From Candidatus Dormiibacterota bacterium (lineage in GTDB: Bacteria; Chloroflexota; Dormibacteria; Aeolococcales; Aeolococcaceae), in contig CAWHWM010000004.1 in assembly GCA_963833055.1 (NCBI GenBank), positions 391,643 to 455,642 on the forward strand: a stretch of DNA of 64,000 nucleotides, given 5' to 3'. Below, in pieces: positions 47,359 to 58,500 of the stretch (position 1 is the first letter of the stretch; each line of letters starts with the position of its first letter). The notes under the pieces were generated by a model that was not told the DNA's origin, did not search any database, and saw only the letters and a list, made by a program, of their open reading frames with translations. The position numbers and the translations under genes are program-made.

Positions 47359-47739
47359 ATGGATGATTCCCGACCGATTGAGGAGCAGCTCGTCGACCTC
47401 CGCCGGCGCGCCGATGAGGACTATCTGCACCCGGACACGCTTCGTGAGCCCGGGCGGCATCAGCTCGATCTGCGCGAGCTCGGCGTCCGTGTCAGCGTGA
47501 CGCGCTCCCGGTACCCGAACCGGCCCGACGGCGTCGATCAGTACGCGGTGACGCTGTCGCGGCCCGAGCTGGACCGGGCGCCAGGCAACGACGAGGTCGG
47601 CATCGTGCTGTCGTCGGCGTTCGGCGATGCGTCGGCGATGGCGGTGGAGCGTTCGGGCGGCTCGTCCCGGATCCGGATGTTCCGGGTGCCCGCCGGGACG
47701 GCAGCATCAGGGAGTGGTCAGCCCGGCTCGGGCTCCTGA
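47359..47739 (+). CDS. Hypothetical protein
   Basis: ORF with ATG at 47359 preceded by AGAGGG. No family was recognised. Confidence 0.4.
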   Translation: MDDSRPIEEQLVDLRRRADEDYLHPDTLREPGRHQLDLRELGVRVSVTRSRYPNRPDGVDQYAVTLSRPELDRAPGNDEVGIVLSSAFGDASAMAVERSGGSSRIRMFRVPAGTAASGSGQPGSGS

Positions 47740-48344
47740 TAGCCGTCGGCGCCGATCAGGGGCACGAAGCGGCACGGACCGAGTGCCTCGGTCTCCCAGC
47801 GTCCGCCCACCAGCCGCAGCCTCGTCAGCTGCTCGCCGTCCTCGCCGTCGGTGATCGGCACCACCAGGCGCCCGCCCTCGATGAGCTGCCGGGCGAGCGC
47901 CACCGGCAGGCGGGGGGCGGCCGCCCCCACGGCGATGGCGTCGAACGGCGCGCGTTCCGGGACCCCCAACGTGCCGTCGCCCTCGATGACCTCGACGTCG
48001 TACTGCAGCCGGTTGAGCCGCGTGGCCGCCGTCTGCGCCAGCGAGGCCACCCGTTCGATGCTCACCACGTGGGCACCGCAGGCGGCCATGACCGCTGCCT
48101 GGTACCCGGACCCGGTGCCGACATCGAGCGCGCGGTCGCCCTGGTGCAGCTCGAGCGCTTCCACGACCGCCGCGACCATGAGCGGCTGGCTGATCGTCTG
48201 GCCCGGTGCGTCGATCGGCAGCGCCCGGTCGGCATAGGCGCGCTCCCGATCCGCCTCGAGCACGAACTCCTCGCGTGGGACGCCCGCCATGGCGTGGAGC
48301 ACGACCGGCGACCGGATTCCGTGCTCGATCAGCGACGCCATCAT
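47718..48344 (-). CDS. pcm: Protein-L-isoaspartate O-methyltransferase
   Basis: QTISQPLMVA, SAM motif LDVGTGSGYQAAV, and C-terminal GGRLVVP. Confidence 0.85.
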   Translation of the reverse strand: MMASLIEHGIRSPVVLHAMAGVPREEFVLEADRERAYADRALPIDAPGQTISQPLMVAAVVEALELHQGDRALDVGTGSGYQAAVMAACGAHVVSIERVASLAQTAATRLNRLQYDVEVIEGDGTLGVPERAPFDAIAVGAAAPRLPVALARQLIEGGRLVVPITDGEDGEQLTRLRLVGGRWETEALGPCRFVPLIGADGYQEPEPG

Positions 48345-48367
48345 GCGATCGCGGTCCGACTCCGTGG

Positions 48368-48793
48368 CTAGCCTCTTGGTGTGAGATCCAGATCCGGCGG
48401 TGGCATCTCCGGCAGCTTCCAGACGATCCATTCCTTCTGCCAGCGCCGGTGCAGCTCGTTCGCGAAGTCGACGAACTCGTGATAGCGCTTCTCGAACGTC
48501 GCAAAGTCCTGCGCGTCCAGGGCCGCCATCAGCGGGTCGAGGTCGTCGACGATCCATTCCTCGATGTCGTCGGTGTACTTCGGGCGGGTGACCTCGCAGA
48601 GCCGCAGCAGCTTGCGCATCTCCCGGAGCTGCCAGGCGGCGAGCGGCCAGTTCCCGGCCTGCGCCGCATAGAAGGCCTTCCAGAATCGCGCGCCGATCTC
48701 GGGCATCAATCGCGCGAGGCCGGGCTGGAGGGCTGTGAGCTGCTCGAGCTCGAGCCGGTCGGGGTTCTTCGGTTGCGTCTTCGTGTCTGCCAT
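48368..48793 (-). CDS. Hypothetical protein (142 aa, Trp-rich)
   Basis: ATG at 48793. Lies 23 nt upstream of pcm on the same strand. No family was recognised. Confidence 0.5.
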   Translation of the reverse strand: MADTKTQPKNPDRLELEQLTALQPGLARLMPEIGARFWKAFYAAQAGNWPLAAWQLREMRKLLRLCEVTRPKYTDDIEEWIVDDLDPLMAALDAQDFATFEKRYHEFVDFANELHRRWQKEWIVWKLPEMPPPDLDLTPRG

Positions 48794-48860
48794 TCGACAT
48801 GCAAGTCTACGGAGGCGGCGCGTTTGGGAACCTGGGCGGTCCCGACCGCGTCTCAGTGCC

Positions 48861-50424
48861 ATGAGTAGTGGAATGCATCGCTCACGCTGGTCGCGCCCGC
48901 TGGTGGGGATCAGCGCTGTGGTTGTCATCGGCGCCGCCACTGGGGGCCGTCTTCGGCATCCGCGCCGTCGCGGGGCTCGGGGACGGGTCGGCTCCGGTCG
49001 CGGCTGCACAGCCGTCCGCACGCACAGGAGCGGCGATGGCCTATGACGCGGCGGATCAGTCGATCGTGCTCTTCGGCGGTCAGAGCAGGACGAAAGCGCT
49101 TGACGACACCTGGACATGGAACGGGTCCGGATGGACGCAGCAGCATCCCGCAACGTCGCCGCCGGCGCTGGAGAACGCGCAGATGGCCTATGACCCCGTG
49201 ACCCACGACGTGATCCTCGTCGGCATGACCGAGCCCGCCGGTTCGATGCTCCCCATCGCGTGCTCGTCGGGCTCGGGGTCGGCATCATCCGGATCGACGA
49301 CCGGCGATCCCTCGCTCCCGCCACCTGACGCGTCGATACCTGACATTGCCCCCGTCCCGAGCGCGACGCCGAAGGCAAAGGGATCGACGGTGGTGACCGG
49401 CTCCGCGTGCGGCACCAGCGTGTCGCCCAAGGCCGTCACGTGGTCTTGGAGCGGGAGCACCTGGTCGAGGTTCGGCGGTGCCACGCCACTTCCCGAGTTC
49501 GCGAACACCACGCTCGTGACCGACCCGGCCGCCGGACGTGTCGTCCTGTTCACCACGGGGCAGTGGGCCGTGCCCGGGGCGCAACGCGCCGAACCGGCGC
49601 TGGCGTGCCCCCTGCAGAGCGCGGCAACGCCGAGTGGAGAATCGTTGTGCCCCTACATGCCCGCGGCAAACCTGCAGTGGACGTGGACCGGGCATGGGTG
49701 GACGGAGATGTCGACGAACGTCACATCGCAGTTCAACATCATCGGCTCCTCCATCGTCGAGGATGGAGTGACGGGCAAGCTCGCCACCTTCAGCAGCGGC
49801 AACTTCGTCGCTCCGACACCTGCGCCTGCCACCTGTCCCACGTGCACCGGCGGCTCCGTGGCCTTGCCGTCGTTCGCCTGCTGCAGCGGGATCGAGAGCA
49901 TCTGGAACGGCACCACCTGGAAGAAGGTCGCGACGTACGACAGCGGGCCCTCCACCTACGGCGTGACCTTCGTCGGCGATCCGGCAACGCACAGTGATGT
50001 CGTCCTCACGGGTGACGGTGCGACCTGGGTCTGGACCGGCACCTGGAAGCACGTGCATCCGGCGACCACACCTCCGATCGTCAGCGGCGCCGCAGCCGCA
50101 TACGACGCCGCAACAGGACAGGTGGTCATGTTCGGCGGCTACGGGAGTTCGTCCCACGCCACCGGCCTCTACGACCAGACATGGACCTGGGACGGCACGA
50201 ACTGGAGCAAGCGCGGGGGAACGTCAGGCCCGAGCGTTGCGATCCCGGTGCCATCGCCGGTCAGCGTTCCCCCGGGATTGCCCTGCGAGCCGGCGACGAA
50301 GGTGCCCGTGGCCGGGTCCAGCGTGGCGCCGGCGACGGTCTGCAACGGCGCCCCCGCGAGCGGGTCCGGGAGCACCGGGAGTTCGAGCGGCGCCGTGGGG
50401 AGCAGCGGGGTCGCAGCACCCTGA
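48861..50424 (+). pseudogene. Secreted Kelch-repeat protein with a +1 frame disruption in the G-run at 48942-48946
   Basis: MSSGMHRSRWSRPLVGISAVVVIGAATGG (signal/TM) is in frame 0. Kelch-like repeats (IVLFGG....DDTWTWNGSGW and similar) are in frame 1. Length is 3n+1. Confidence 0.65.
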
Positions 50425-50443
50425 GCGGCCACAATGGCTGCAC

Positions 50444-50920
50444 ATGGGAGATCTCGACGACGTCCGTATCGAGCGTCTTGCTGATCACACCGACGCCCAG
50501 GTGCGGGCGATGCTCGTCGATCTCGCGCTCGCCGAGCAGCACCACTACGATCACCCCGAGGAGACGTCCGAGCAACTGAGCGCTCGGCTCACCACATCGC
50601 CGAGCTTCACGGGCGAGAACCACATCCTGGTTGCGCGCGACGCAGGTGACACGGCGATCGGACTCTGCTGGGTGGTGCTCTTCGATCCCGGCACCGGGCT
50701 CGAGGCGGAGGTGGCTGAGTTGTACGTGCGTCCCGAAGGGCGGGGCCAGGGCGTGGCACACCGCCTCATGGCGGAGGCGATGGATCTGATCCGCAGCCGC
50801 CAGGTGACCTTCGCCTGCGTCTGGACTCGTGGTGACAACCAGGCCGCGCTCGGCGCCTACCTTGCAGCCGGATTCGCGCCGACGGAGCAGACAGTCCTGA
50901 CCTGGCTGCCGCTCGAATAG
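50444..50920 (+). CDS. GNAT-family N-acetyltransferase
   Basis: Acetyl-CoA motif LYVRPEGRGQGVAHRLM and C-terminal YLAAGF. Confidence 0.8.
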   Translation: MGDLDDVRIERLADHTDAQVRAMLVDLALAEQHHYDHPEETSEQLSARLTTSPSFTGENHILVARDAGDTAIGLCWVVLFDPGTGLEAEVAELYVRPEGRGQGVAHRLMAEAMDLIRSRQVTFACVWTRGDNQAALGAYLAAGFAPTEQTVLTWLPLE

Positions 50921-50946
50921 CAGGCGGCCGGGATAATAGCCGCTCC

Positions 50947-51249
50947 ATGACCCTTTCCCGATCCGAGGTCGATCACGTCGCGATGCTTGCCCGTCTGGGG
51001 CTCAGCGACGTGGAGAAAGACCGTCTGCTTGGCGAGCTGGAGGCGATCCTCGAGCACATCGCGCGCCTGCAGGAGGTGGACACCTCGACCCTTGCGGAGA
51101 CTGCGCAGGTGGGTGATCTCGTCAACGTGATGCGGGCCGATGTGCCGGAGCCGCCGCTGGGCGCCGCGGCCGCGCTGCGCAACGCACCCGTGTCCGACGG
51201 CAGCTACTTCGTCGTCGGAGCGATCCAGGGCAACGACCTTGACGCGTAA
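50947..51249 (+). CDS. gatC: Asp-tRNA(Asn)/Glu-tRNA(Gln) amidotransferase subunit C
   Basis: VDHVAMLARLGLSDVE...LEHIARLQEVDT pattern, about 100 aa, directly upstream of gatA. Confidence 0.9.
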   Translation: MTLSRSEVDHVAMLARLGLSDVEKDRLLGELEAILEHIARLQEVDTSTLAETAQVGDLVNVMRADVPEPPLGAAAALRNAPVSDGSYFVVGAIQGNDLDA

Positions 51250-52703
51250 CACCATCACCGGTCTCGCCGCAGCGCTGCGCAACGGCAGCACCACGCCGCG
51301 TGCGCTGCTCGCGGATGCGCTCGGCGCATGTCGACCGCGCCGAGAAGGACCTGCATGCGTATCTGACGGTCACGCGTGAGCTGGCCGAGCACCAGGCGGA
51401 CGCCGCTGCGCGCACGCTCGAGGAGCATCCCGACACGGCATCGCCGCTGTGCGGCATCCCCATGGCGTTGAAGGATGTCCTCTGCGTGGACGGCATCGAG
51501 ACCACTGCCGGTTCGAAGATGCTCAAAGGATTCAAGCCGCCGTACACAGGCACGGCCGTGCAGCGGCTGTTCGACGCCGGCGCCGTGTGCGTCGGCAAGA
51601 CCAACTGCGATGAGTTCGCCATGGGTTCCTCGACGGAGAACTCCGCATTCGGGCCGGTCGGCAACCCATGGGACATCGAGCGCGTTCCCGGTGGGAGCAG
51701 CGGCGGCAGCGCTGCAACTGTTGCGGCGGGCTCGGTCCCGTACTCGCTCGGCACCGACACCGGCGGATCCATCCGCCAACCCGCGGCGCTCTGCGGTGTG
51801 GTGGGGTTCAAACCAACCTATGGCCGCATTTCGCGATACGGGCTCATCGCGTTCGCGTCGTCACTCGACCAGATCGGGCCGTTCACGCGCACCGTCGAGG
51901 ACTGCGCGCTCGTGTATTCCGCAATTGCGGGTCACGACCCGCGAGACAGCACGTCGGATGCGCGCGCCGTCGACGATCCGCTTGCGTCGCTGCATGCCGG
52001 TGTCGCCGGTATGCGACTCGGCATTCCGCGCGAGTATCTCGGCCCCGGCACGGAGCCCGGTGTTCGCGCCGCGGTCGAGGCCGCGTTCAAGGTGCTCGAG
52101 GGTCAGGGGGCCACGCTGCACGAGGTCTCACTGCCGAGCACCGACGTTGCGCTGAGCGTCTACTACATCATCGCGCCGGCGGAGTGCTCGTCGAACCTGG
52201 CGCGCTACGACGGCGTGCGCTTCGGCAATCGCGTCGAGCGACCATCGCTCACCGATATGTACCTGCAGACGCGCGACGCGGGTTTCGGCAACGAGGTGAA
52301 GCGCCGGGTGATGCTCGGCACGTACGCGCTCTCGAGCGGGTATTACGACGCGTACTACCGTCAAGCGCAGAAGGTGCGCACGCTCGTGAGCCAGGAGTTC
52401 GAGACCGTCTTCAAGGACGTTGACGCCATCGTGTGCCCGACGTCGCCGAGCGTGGCGTTTCCCATGGGATCACGCGACGATCCGCTCTCCATGTACATGT
52501 GCGACGTGGTGACGCTGCCGGCCAACCTCGCGGGCATCCCGGGCATGTCGGTGCCCTGTGGTTTCGTCGACGGGCTCCCCGTCGGCCTGCAGGTGATCGC
52601 ACCGCGATTCGAGGACTCGCGCGTGTTCCGCGTCGCGCATGCCTACGAGCAGGCAACCACCTTTCACACCATGCCGTCGCCATACGCGGACGAGGCCGCA
52701 TGA
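51239..52703 (+). pseudogene. gatA: Glutamyl-tRNA(Gln) amidotransferase subunit A with a +1 frame disruption near 51326-51332
   Basis: The N-terminus LTRNTITGLAAALRNGSTTPRALLADALGA is in frame 2 (TTG 51239). VDRAEKDLHAYL...GIPMALKDV...amidase signature GGSSGGSAA is in frame 0. Length is 3n+1. Confidence 0.85.
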
Positions 52704-54184
52704 CCGAGACGGCCACGCTTCCGGGAGCAGCACTCGGGCGATACGAGGTGGTGATCGGGCTGGAGGTGCACGCGCAACTGCTGACGCGCAGCAAGATGTT
52801 CTGCACGTGCCCGGCCGACTACTGGCATGCGGCGCCGAACGAGAACACGTGCCCCGTGTGTCTCGGTATGCCGGGGGTGCTGCCCACCATGAACGAGCTG
52901 GCGGTGGAGTACACGGTTCGCACCGCGCTTGCGCTCCACTGCGAGATCCCCGCATTCACGAAGTTCGACCGCAAGAACTACTTCTATCCCGACCTTCCCA
53001 AGGGATATCAGATCTCGCAATACGACCTGCCGCTGTCGCTGAACGGGCATCTCGAGTTCCCGGTCGGTGGCGAGACGGTGCGCTGCGGCATCACCCGCGT
53101 TCACCTCGAGGAGGACACGGGAACCATGCATCACGCCGGCGACGTGCTCCAGAGCGCGACGTCGTCGCTCATCGACCTCAACCGCTGCGGCGTACCGCTG
53201 ATGGAGATCGTCGGCGAGCCTGATCTGCGCACCCCTGAGGCGGCACGCGAGTACCTGGTGCGCCTGCGTCAGATCCTCATGTACATCGGGGTCAATGACG
53301 GCAACCTCGAGAAGGGCTCGTTCCGGTGCGATGCCAACATCTCGCTGCGACCGGCCGGTGCGACCGAGCTCGGCGTCAAGGTCGAGGTCAAGAACATGAA
53401 CTCGTTCCGCGCCGTGCAGCACGCGCTCGAGTTCGAGATCGAGCGCCAGACCGGTGTGCTCGACGCCGGCGGCACGCTGGTGCAGGAGACCCGCGGCTGG
53501 GTGGAGACGCAGGGACGCACGATCTCGCAACGCAGCAAGGAACAGGCGCACGACTACCGGTACTTCCCCGAGCCGGATCTGCCGCCGCTGCGCCTCGGCG
53601 CCGACTATGTCACCAGGGTGCGCGCGGGGCTGCCGGAGCTTCCCGAGGCACGCGCCCATCGTTTCCAGGAGCAGTACGGGCTGACTCCGTACGACGCTGC
53701 GGTGCTCACCGATACGCGCGAGGACGCCGACACATACGAGGCGCTCGTCGCCGCGGGTGTTCCGGCCAAACTTGCCGCCAACTGGCAGACCGGTGATGTG
53801 GCGGCGCTCGCGAACGAGCACCATATGCCGTTGCAGCACAGCGGGCTCGGCGTCGACGGCCTTGCGAGCCTGCTCCGCCTCGTCGAGGGCGGCACCATCA
53901 ATGGTCCGACCGCCAAGGAGCTGCTTGCCGAGCTCTATGTGTCAGGTGGCAATCCCGAGGCACTCGTTCGCGACCGGGGCCTCGCCCAGGTGAGCGACAC
54001 GTCGGCGCTGACCGCGCTCGTGGATGCCGCCATCGCCGCGAATCCCGCCGCCGCTGCTGACTTCCGCGCCGGCAAGCAGCAGGCGCTCGGCCAGCTCATG
54101 CGTGCCGTCAAGGACGCGACCGGCGGCAAGGCCGACATGCCGCTCGTGAACAGGCTTCTGCGCGACCGGCTCTCGGAGCAGTAG
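52700..54184 (+). CDS. gatB: Asp-tRNA(Asn)/Glu-tRNA(Gln) amidotransferase subunit B
   Basis: [38 protein letters not shown], and a C-terminal YqeY-like domain. ATGA overlap with gatA. Confidence 0.95.
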   Translation: MTETATLPGAALGRYEVVIGLEVHAQLLTRSKMFCTCPADYWHAAPNENTCPVCLGMPGVLPTMNELAVEYTVRTALALHCEIPAFTKFDRKNYFYPDLPKGYQISQYDLPLSLNGHLEFPVGGETVRCGITRVHLEEDTGTMHHAGDVLQSATSSLIDLNRCGVPLMEIVGEPDLRTPEAAREYLVRLRQILMYIGVNDGNLEKGSFRCDANISLRPAGATELGVKVEVKNMNSFRAVQHALEFEIERQTGVLDAGGTLVQETRGWVETQGRTISQRSKEQAHDYRYFPEPDLPPLRLGADYVTRVRAGLPELPEARAHRFQEQYGLTPYDAAVLTDTREDADTYEALVAAGVPAKLAANWQTGDVAALANEHHMPLQHSGLGVDGLASLLRLVEGGTINGPTAKELLAELYVSGGNPEALVRDRGLAQVSDTSALTALVDAAIAANPAAAADFRAGKQQALGQLMRAVKDATGGKADMPLVNRLLRDRLSEQ

Positions 54185-54189
54185 CCCAG

Positions 54190-55461
54190 GTGCGTCTCGG
54201 ACGCATGGTCCATGGTGGACTGTGCCTTGCCCACGATGACCTTGGCGCGACGATGCTCGTCGAGGGTGGCATCCCGGACGAGGAGGTCGAGGTCTCCGTC
54301 CGCTACAAGAAGGGCGCCACCTCCTTTGCGGAAGTGGTCCGCGTGCTCGAACCCTCGCCGCATCGAGTCACGCCGCCATGTCCATACGTGCCGAAGTGCG
54401 GCGGCTGCCAGCTGCAGCACATCGAGTACTCGCACCAGGTGACGCTGAAACGCGACATCGTGCTGGACGCGTTGCATCGCCAGCGGATCGTGCATCCCGA
54501 GCCACGCATGCATGCGGTCGACAACCCGTGGCGCTACCGCCTCCGTGGTGAGTTCCACGTCATCCCCGGCACCGAGGCGACGCCGCCCGCACTCGGCTTC
54601 AACCGCGCGCGCAGCTGGCGTCCGATCGCGGTGGACGACTGCCTGATCCATCACCCGCGGATCACCACGGCGCTCCCCGCGCTGCGCGGGCTCCTCAACT
54701 CGAGCGCGACCAACGCGCTCGGCACGCTGCACCTCACCGTGGGCGAGGAGGGGCAGGAGCTGCTCATCCACGCCAAGCCGGCCAAGGGGCTCGCAAGCGG
54801 CGCGCTCGACAGCGGTCTCGATCTTCCCGACGGCGGCCGCGTGAGCACGACGTCGACGACATTGCGCTGGCGGGGCATGACGTTTCGCGTCACGGCCGAC
54901 GCGTTCATCCAGGTCAACTGGGCGCAGATGGATGTGCTGTACGGCTGCGTCATCGATGCACTCGGCGGTTACGCGGGGCTTCGCATCGTCGATGCGTACG
55001 CAGGCATCGGCGTGCTCGCGTGCCATCTCGCGGTGGAGGCGCGCGAGGTCGCATGCATCGAGAGCAATCGCGGTGCCGCGCAACTCGGCGTGCTCAACGC
55101 GCGCGTCAACGACGTCGATGACCGTGTGCACTACGTCGTGTCGCCGGTGGAGGACGCGCTCCCGAGGGTCGCCGCCAGTGATATGGCCGATCGCGTGATC
55201 CTCGACCCGCCGCGCGCCGGCTGCTCGAGCCGCGTCACCGGCTGGCTGGCGATGGCCGGCCCGGAGCGCGTCGTCTACGTCTCGTGCGACCCCGCGACGC
55301 TGGCGCGTGATCTCCACGTCCTCGTTGCGTCAGGTCCGTACCGTGTCGAAGCGCTCGACATCGTCGACATGTTCCCGCAGACCTATCACGTCGAGAGCGT
55401 CGTGACGCTCGTTCGCACCGACGGCGCCGAGGCCGTTGCGGAGCCCTCCGGCACCTCCTGA
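54190..55461 (+). CDS. TrmA/RlmD-family 23S rRNA (uracil-C5)-methyltransferase with TRAM domain and Fe-S cysteines
   Basis: CPYVPKCGGCQLQH cluster and SAM-MTase motifs (DAYAGIGV, ILDPPRAG, YVSCDP). Confidence 0.8.
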   Translation: MRLGRMVHGGLCLAHDDLGATMLVEGGIPDEEVEVSVRYKKGATSFAEVVRVLEPSPHRVTPPCPYVPKCGGCQLQHIEYSHQVTLKRDIVLDALHRQRIVHPEPRMHAVDNPWRYRLRGEFHVIPGTEATPPALGFNRARSWRPIAVDDCLIHHPRITTALPALRGLLNSSATNALGTLHLTVGEEGQELLIHAKPAKGLASGALDSGLDLPDGGRVSTTSTTLRWRGMTFRVTADAFIQVNWAQMDVLYGCVIDALGGYAGLRIVDAYAGIGVLACHLAVEAREVACIESNRGAAQLGVLNARVNDVDDRVHYVVSPVEDALPRVAASDMADRVILDPPRAGCSSRVTGWLAMAGPERVVYVSCDPATLARDLHVLVASGPYRVEALDIVDMFPQTYHVESVVTLVRTDGAEAVAEPSGTS

Positions 55462-55550
55462 GGGGTACGCTCAGAGCCCGCGGCGGCGGGTCGCCGAGGA
55501 GTGGTAGCGTACGTCTGTTCGCCGTCCATCCACCGCAGCCAGGAGGCAGA

Positions 55551-58500
55551 GTGCAGGGCACATCCGAGACCGGCGAAGAGATCGAAACGGGCGGTTTCGT
55601 CCATCTCCACACGCACAGCGAGTTCTCGCTGCTGGACGGCATGTCGCGGGTCAGCGAGCTGGTCGACACCGCCAAGGCGATGGGGCAGACCGCCGTTGCG
55701 ATCACCGATCACGGCGTGCTCTACGGCGCGGTGGATTTCTACTCCGCGGCGCGCGCTGCGAAGCTCAATCCGATCATCGGGTGCGAGATGTACATGGCGC
55801 CGCGCGCACGAACCGATCGTGAGGGTCGCGCGGACCGTGATCCGAACCATCTGATCCTGCTCGCGCGCAACGACGTCGGATACCGAAATCTCATCAAGCT
55901 CGTCAGCGCCTCGCACCTCGAGGGCTACTACTACAAGCCGCGCATCGATCGGGAGCTGCTCGCGGCGCATGCCGAAGGGTTGATCTGCCTCTCCGCGTGC
56001 CTCGGCGGGGAATTGCCGCAGGCGATCGTCCGCGGTGATCTGGACGCTGCGGAGTCCATCGCGCGGTGGCACGCCGAAGTCTTCGGGCACGACAACTATT
56101 TCCTCGAGCTGCAGGCCCACGGCATTCCCGAGGAGGAGGCGGTTCGCGAGGGCTTGGTCGAGATCGCCCGGCGCACCGGGCTGCCGCTTGTCGCCACCAA
56201 CGATTCGCACTACATCAAGCCCGAGGACGCGGAGGCGCACGACATCCTGCTCTGCCTGCAGACCGGAGCTCGCCGGGAGGAGGAGAAGCGCTTCCGTTTG
56301 TCGGGTCCCGACTACTACCTCGCGAGCACGCAGCAGATGCGCGAGCGCTTTGCCGCGTATGGCGAAGCCGTTTCCAACACGGTGGCGATCGCGGACCGGT
56401 GTCATGTCGAGATCCCGCTGGGGCGCAACCTGCTCCCCACGTACTCACCCATCCCGGAAGGGCTCGACGCCGACACCTACCTGCTGCAGCTGTGCGAGAC
56501 GGGTGTGCGCGAGCGGTACGGGGACGCCTTCAACGACGAGGTGCGCGATCGCCTGAGCATGGAGCTCGACGTCATCCGTGACGCCGGTTTCTCGGCGTAC
56601 TTCCTCATCGTCTGGGACCTCATCAAAGCGGCGCGCTCCGATGGTGTTCGCGTCGGGCCCGGCCGAGGCAGCGCTGCGGGCTCGGTGGTGAGCTACGTCC
56701 TCCACATCACCGACATCGAACCCCTCCAGTACGGGCTCATCTTCGAGCGTTTTCTCAACCGTGAACGCGTGCAGATGCCGGACATCGACATCGACTTCGA
56801 TGACGTCGGCCGTGGGCGCGTGCTCGCCTATGTGCAGGAGAAGTACGGCCGCGATCGTGTGGCGCAGATCATCACCTTCGGGACCATGGCGGCACGGGCG
56901 GCCATCCGCGACGTCGGCCGGGTGCTGAACGTGCCGCTTCCTGACGTCGACCGGCTGGCCAAGCTGGTGCCGCAGGTGGTGAGCATCACGCTGGATCGGG
57001 CGCTCAAGGAAAGCCGCGAGCTGAACGAGCTCTATGAGCATGAGGCGTGGGCAACGCAGATCATCGACATCGCCCGCCGGCTCGAGGGCATCTGCCGCAA
57101 TGCGTCCACGCACGCGGCCGGCGTGGTGATCGGCTCCGAGCCACTCGCCAATATCGTTCCCCTGCAACGCTCCACCACCGGCGACGGCACTGCCGTGACG
57201 CAGTTCGACATGCACGGTGTCTCGGAGATCGGCCTGCTGAAGATCGATTTCCTCGGGCTGTCCAACCTCACCGTCATCGCGGAAGCGGTGGAGACGGTGC
57301 GTGCAACACGCGGGATCGACCTCGACATCGATCACATCCCGCTCGACGATGCCAAGACGTACGAGCTGCTCTGCAAGGCGGATACGCACGGCATCTTCCA
57401 GCTCGAGGCCACGTTCGCAAAACGCATCCTCATCGACATGCAGCCCAGCTCGCTCGCGGATATGGGCGTCGCGGTTGCGCTGAACCGCCCGGGTCCGATC
57501 GAGGGCGGTGCCACCGGGATGTGGATGCGGCGCAAGCGCGGCGAGGAGGCCGTGACGTACATGCTCCCCGAGCTCGAGCCGATCCTCAAGGAGACGTACG
57601 GGGCGATCCTGTACCAGGACCAGGTCATGAAGATCGCGTCAGCGGTTGCCGGGTTCTCGCTCGGTGAGGCGGACATCCTTCGCGCCGCGATGGGCAAGAA
57701 GGACAAGGTCAAGATGGCCAAGCAACGCGAGCAGTTTCTCAGCGGTGCCGCTGCGCGCGGCGTCGCGGCGGAGACAGCGCTCGAACTCTTCGAGCTCATC
57801 GCGCTGTTCGCCGGGTACGGGTTCAACGGTGCGCACTCCATCGCGTACGGACTGATCGCGTACCAGACCGCCTACCTCAAGGCGAACTACCCGCGCGAGT
57901 ACATGGCGGCGCTGCTCAACAGCCGTGCCGACAACTTCGACAGGCTCAAGCAGTCGATCCTCGACGCACACGCCCGCGGCCTCGTGGTGCGGCCTCCGGA
58001 CGTGAACCGGAGCGCTCCCGCCTTCAGCCTCGGCGATGAAGCGCAGGGCGAGATCCTCTACGGCCTGCGCCACATCAAGAATGTCGGTGAGCGGATTGCG
58101 GCGGACATCGTCGTCGAGCGCGACGCTGCCGGACCGTTCACGTCGCTCTTCGACCTCTGCCTGCGCGTGTCGAGCCGCGACCTCAACAGGCGCGTGGTCG
58201 AGGCATTGATCCGCAGCGGCGCCTGCGATTCGCTGGGAGAGCGCGGCGCGATGCTTGCGGTGCTCGACCGTGCGATCGATCGCGCGGCGACGATTCGCCG
58301 CGAGCGTGAGTCCGGCCAGACCTCGCTGTTCGGCGAGACGGTGGTCCTGCTGGAACCGGTGTCGCAGCCCACGGACGACGTGGAGGGCCGCGAGGTCAAC
58401 GGCCCGTACGCGATCGCCGCAGACGAGCGGCTGAGCTGGGAACGTGAGTTCCTCGGGATGTACCTGAGCGATCATCCGCTGCGCCGGATCGCCGGCGAGC

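Noticed and set aside
1070-52703. Programmed ribosomal frameshifting as the explanation for the 11 frame disruptions
   Set aside because: The sites share no slippery heptamer, no internal SD and no common downstream structure. They hit unrelated genes and go in both directions, and three are simple G-runs. Sequencing indels are far more likely. The question is kept open only for gmk.
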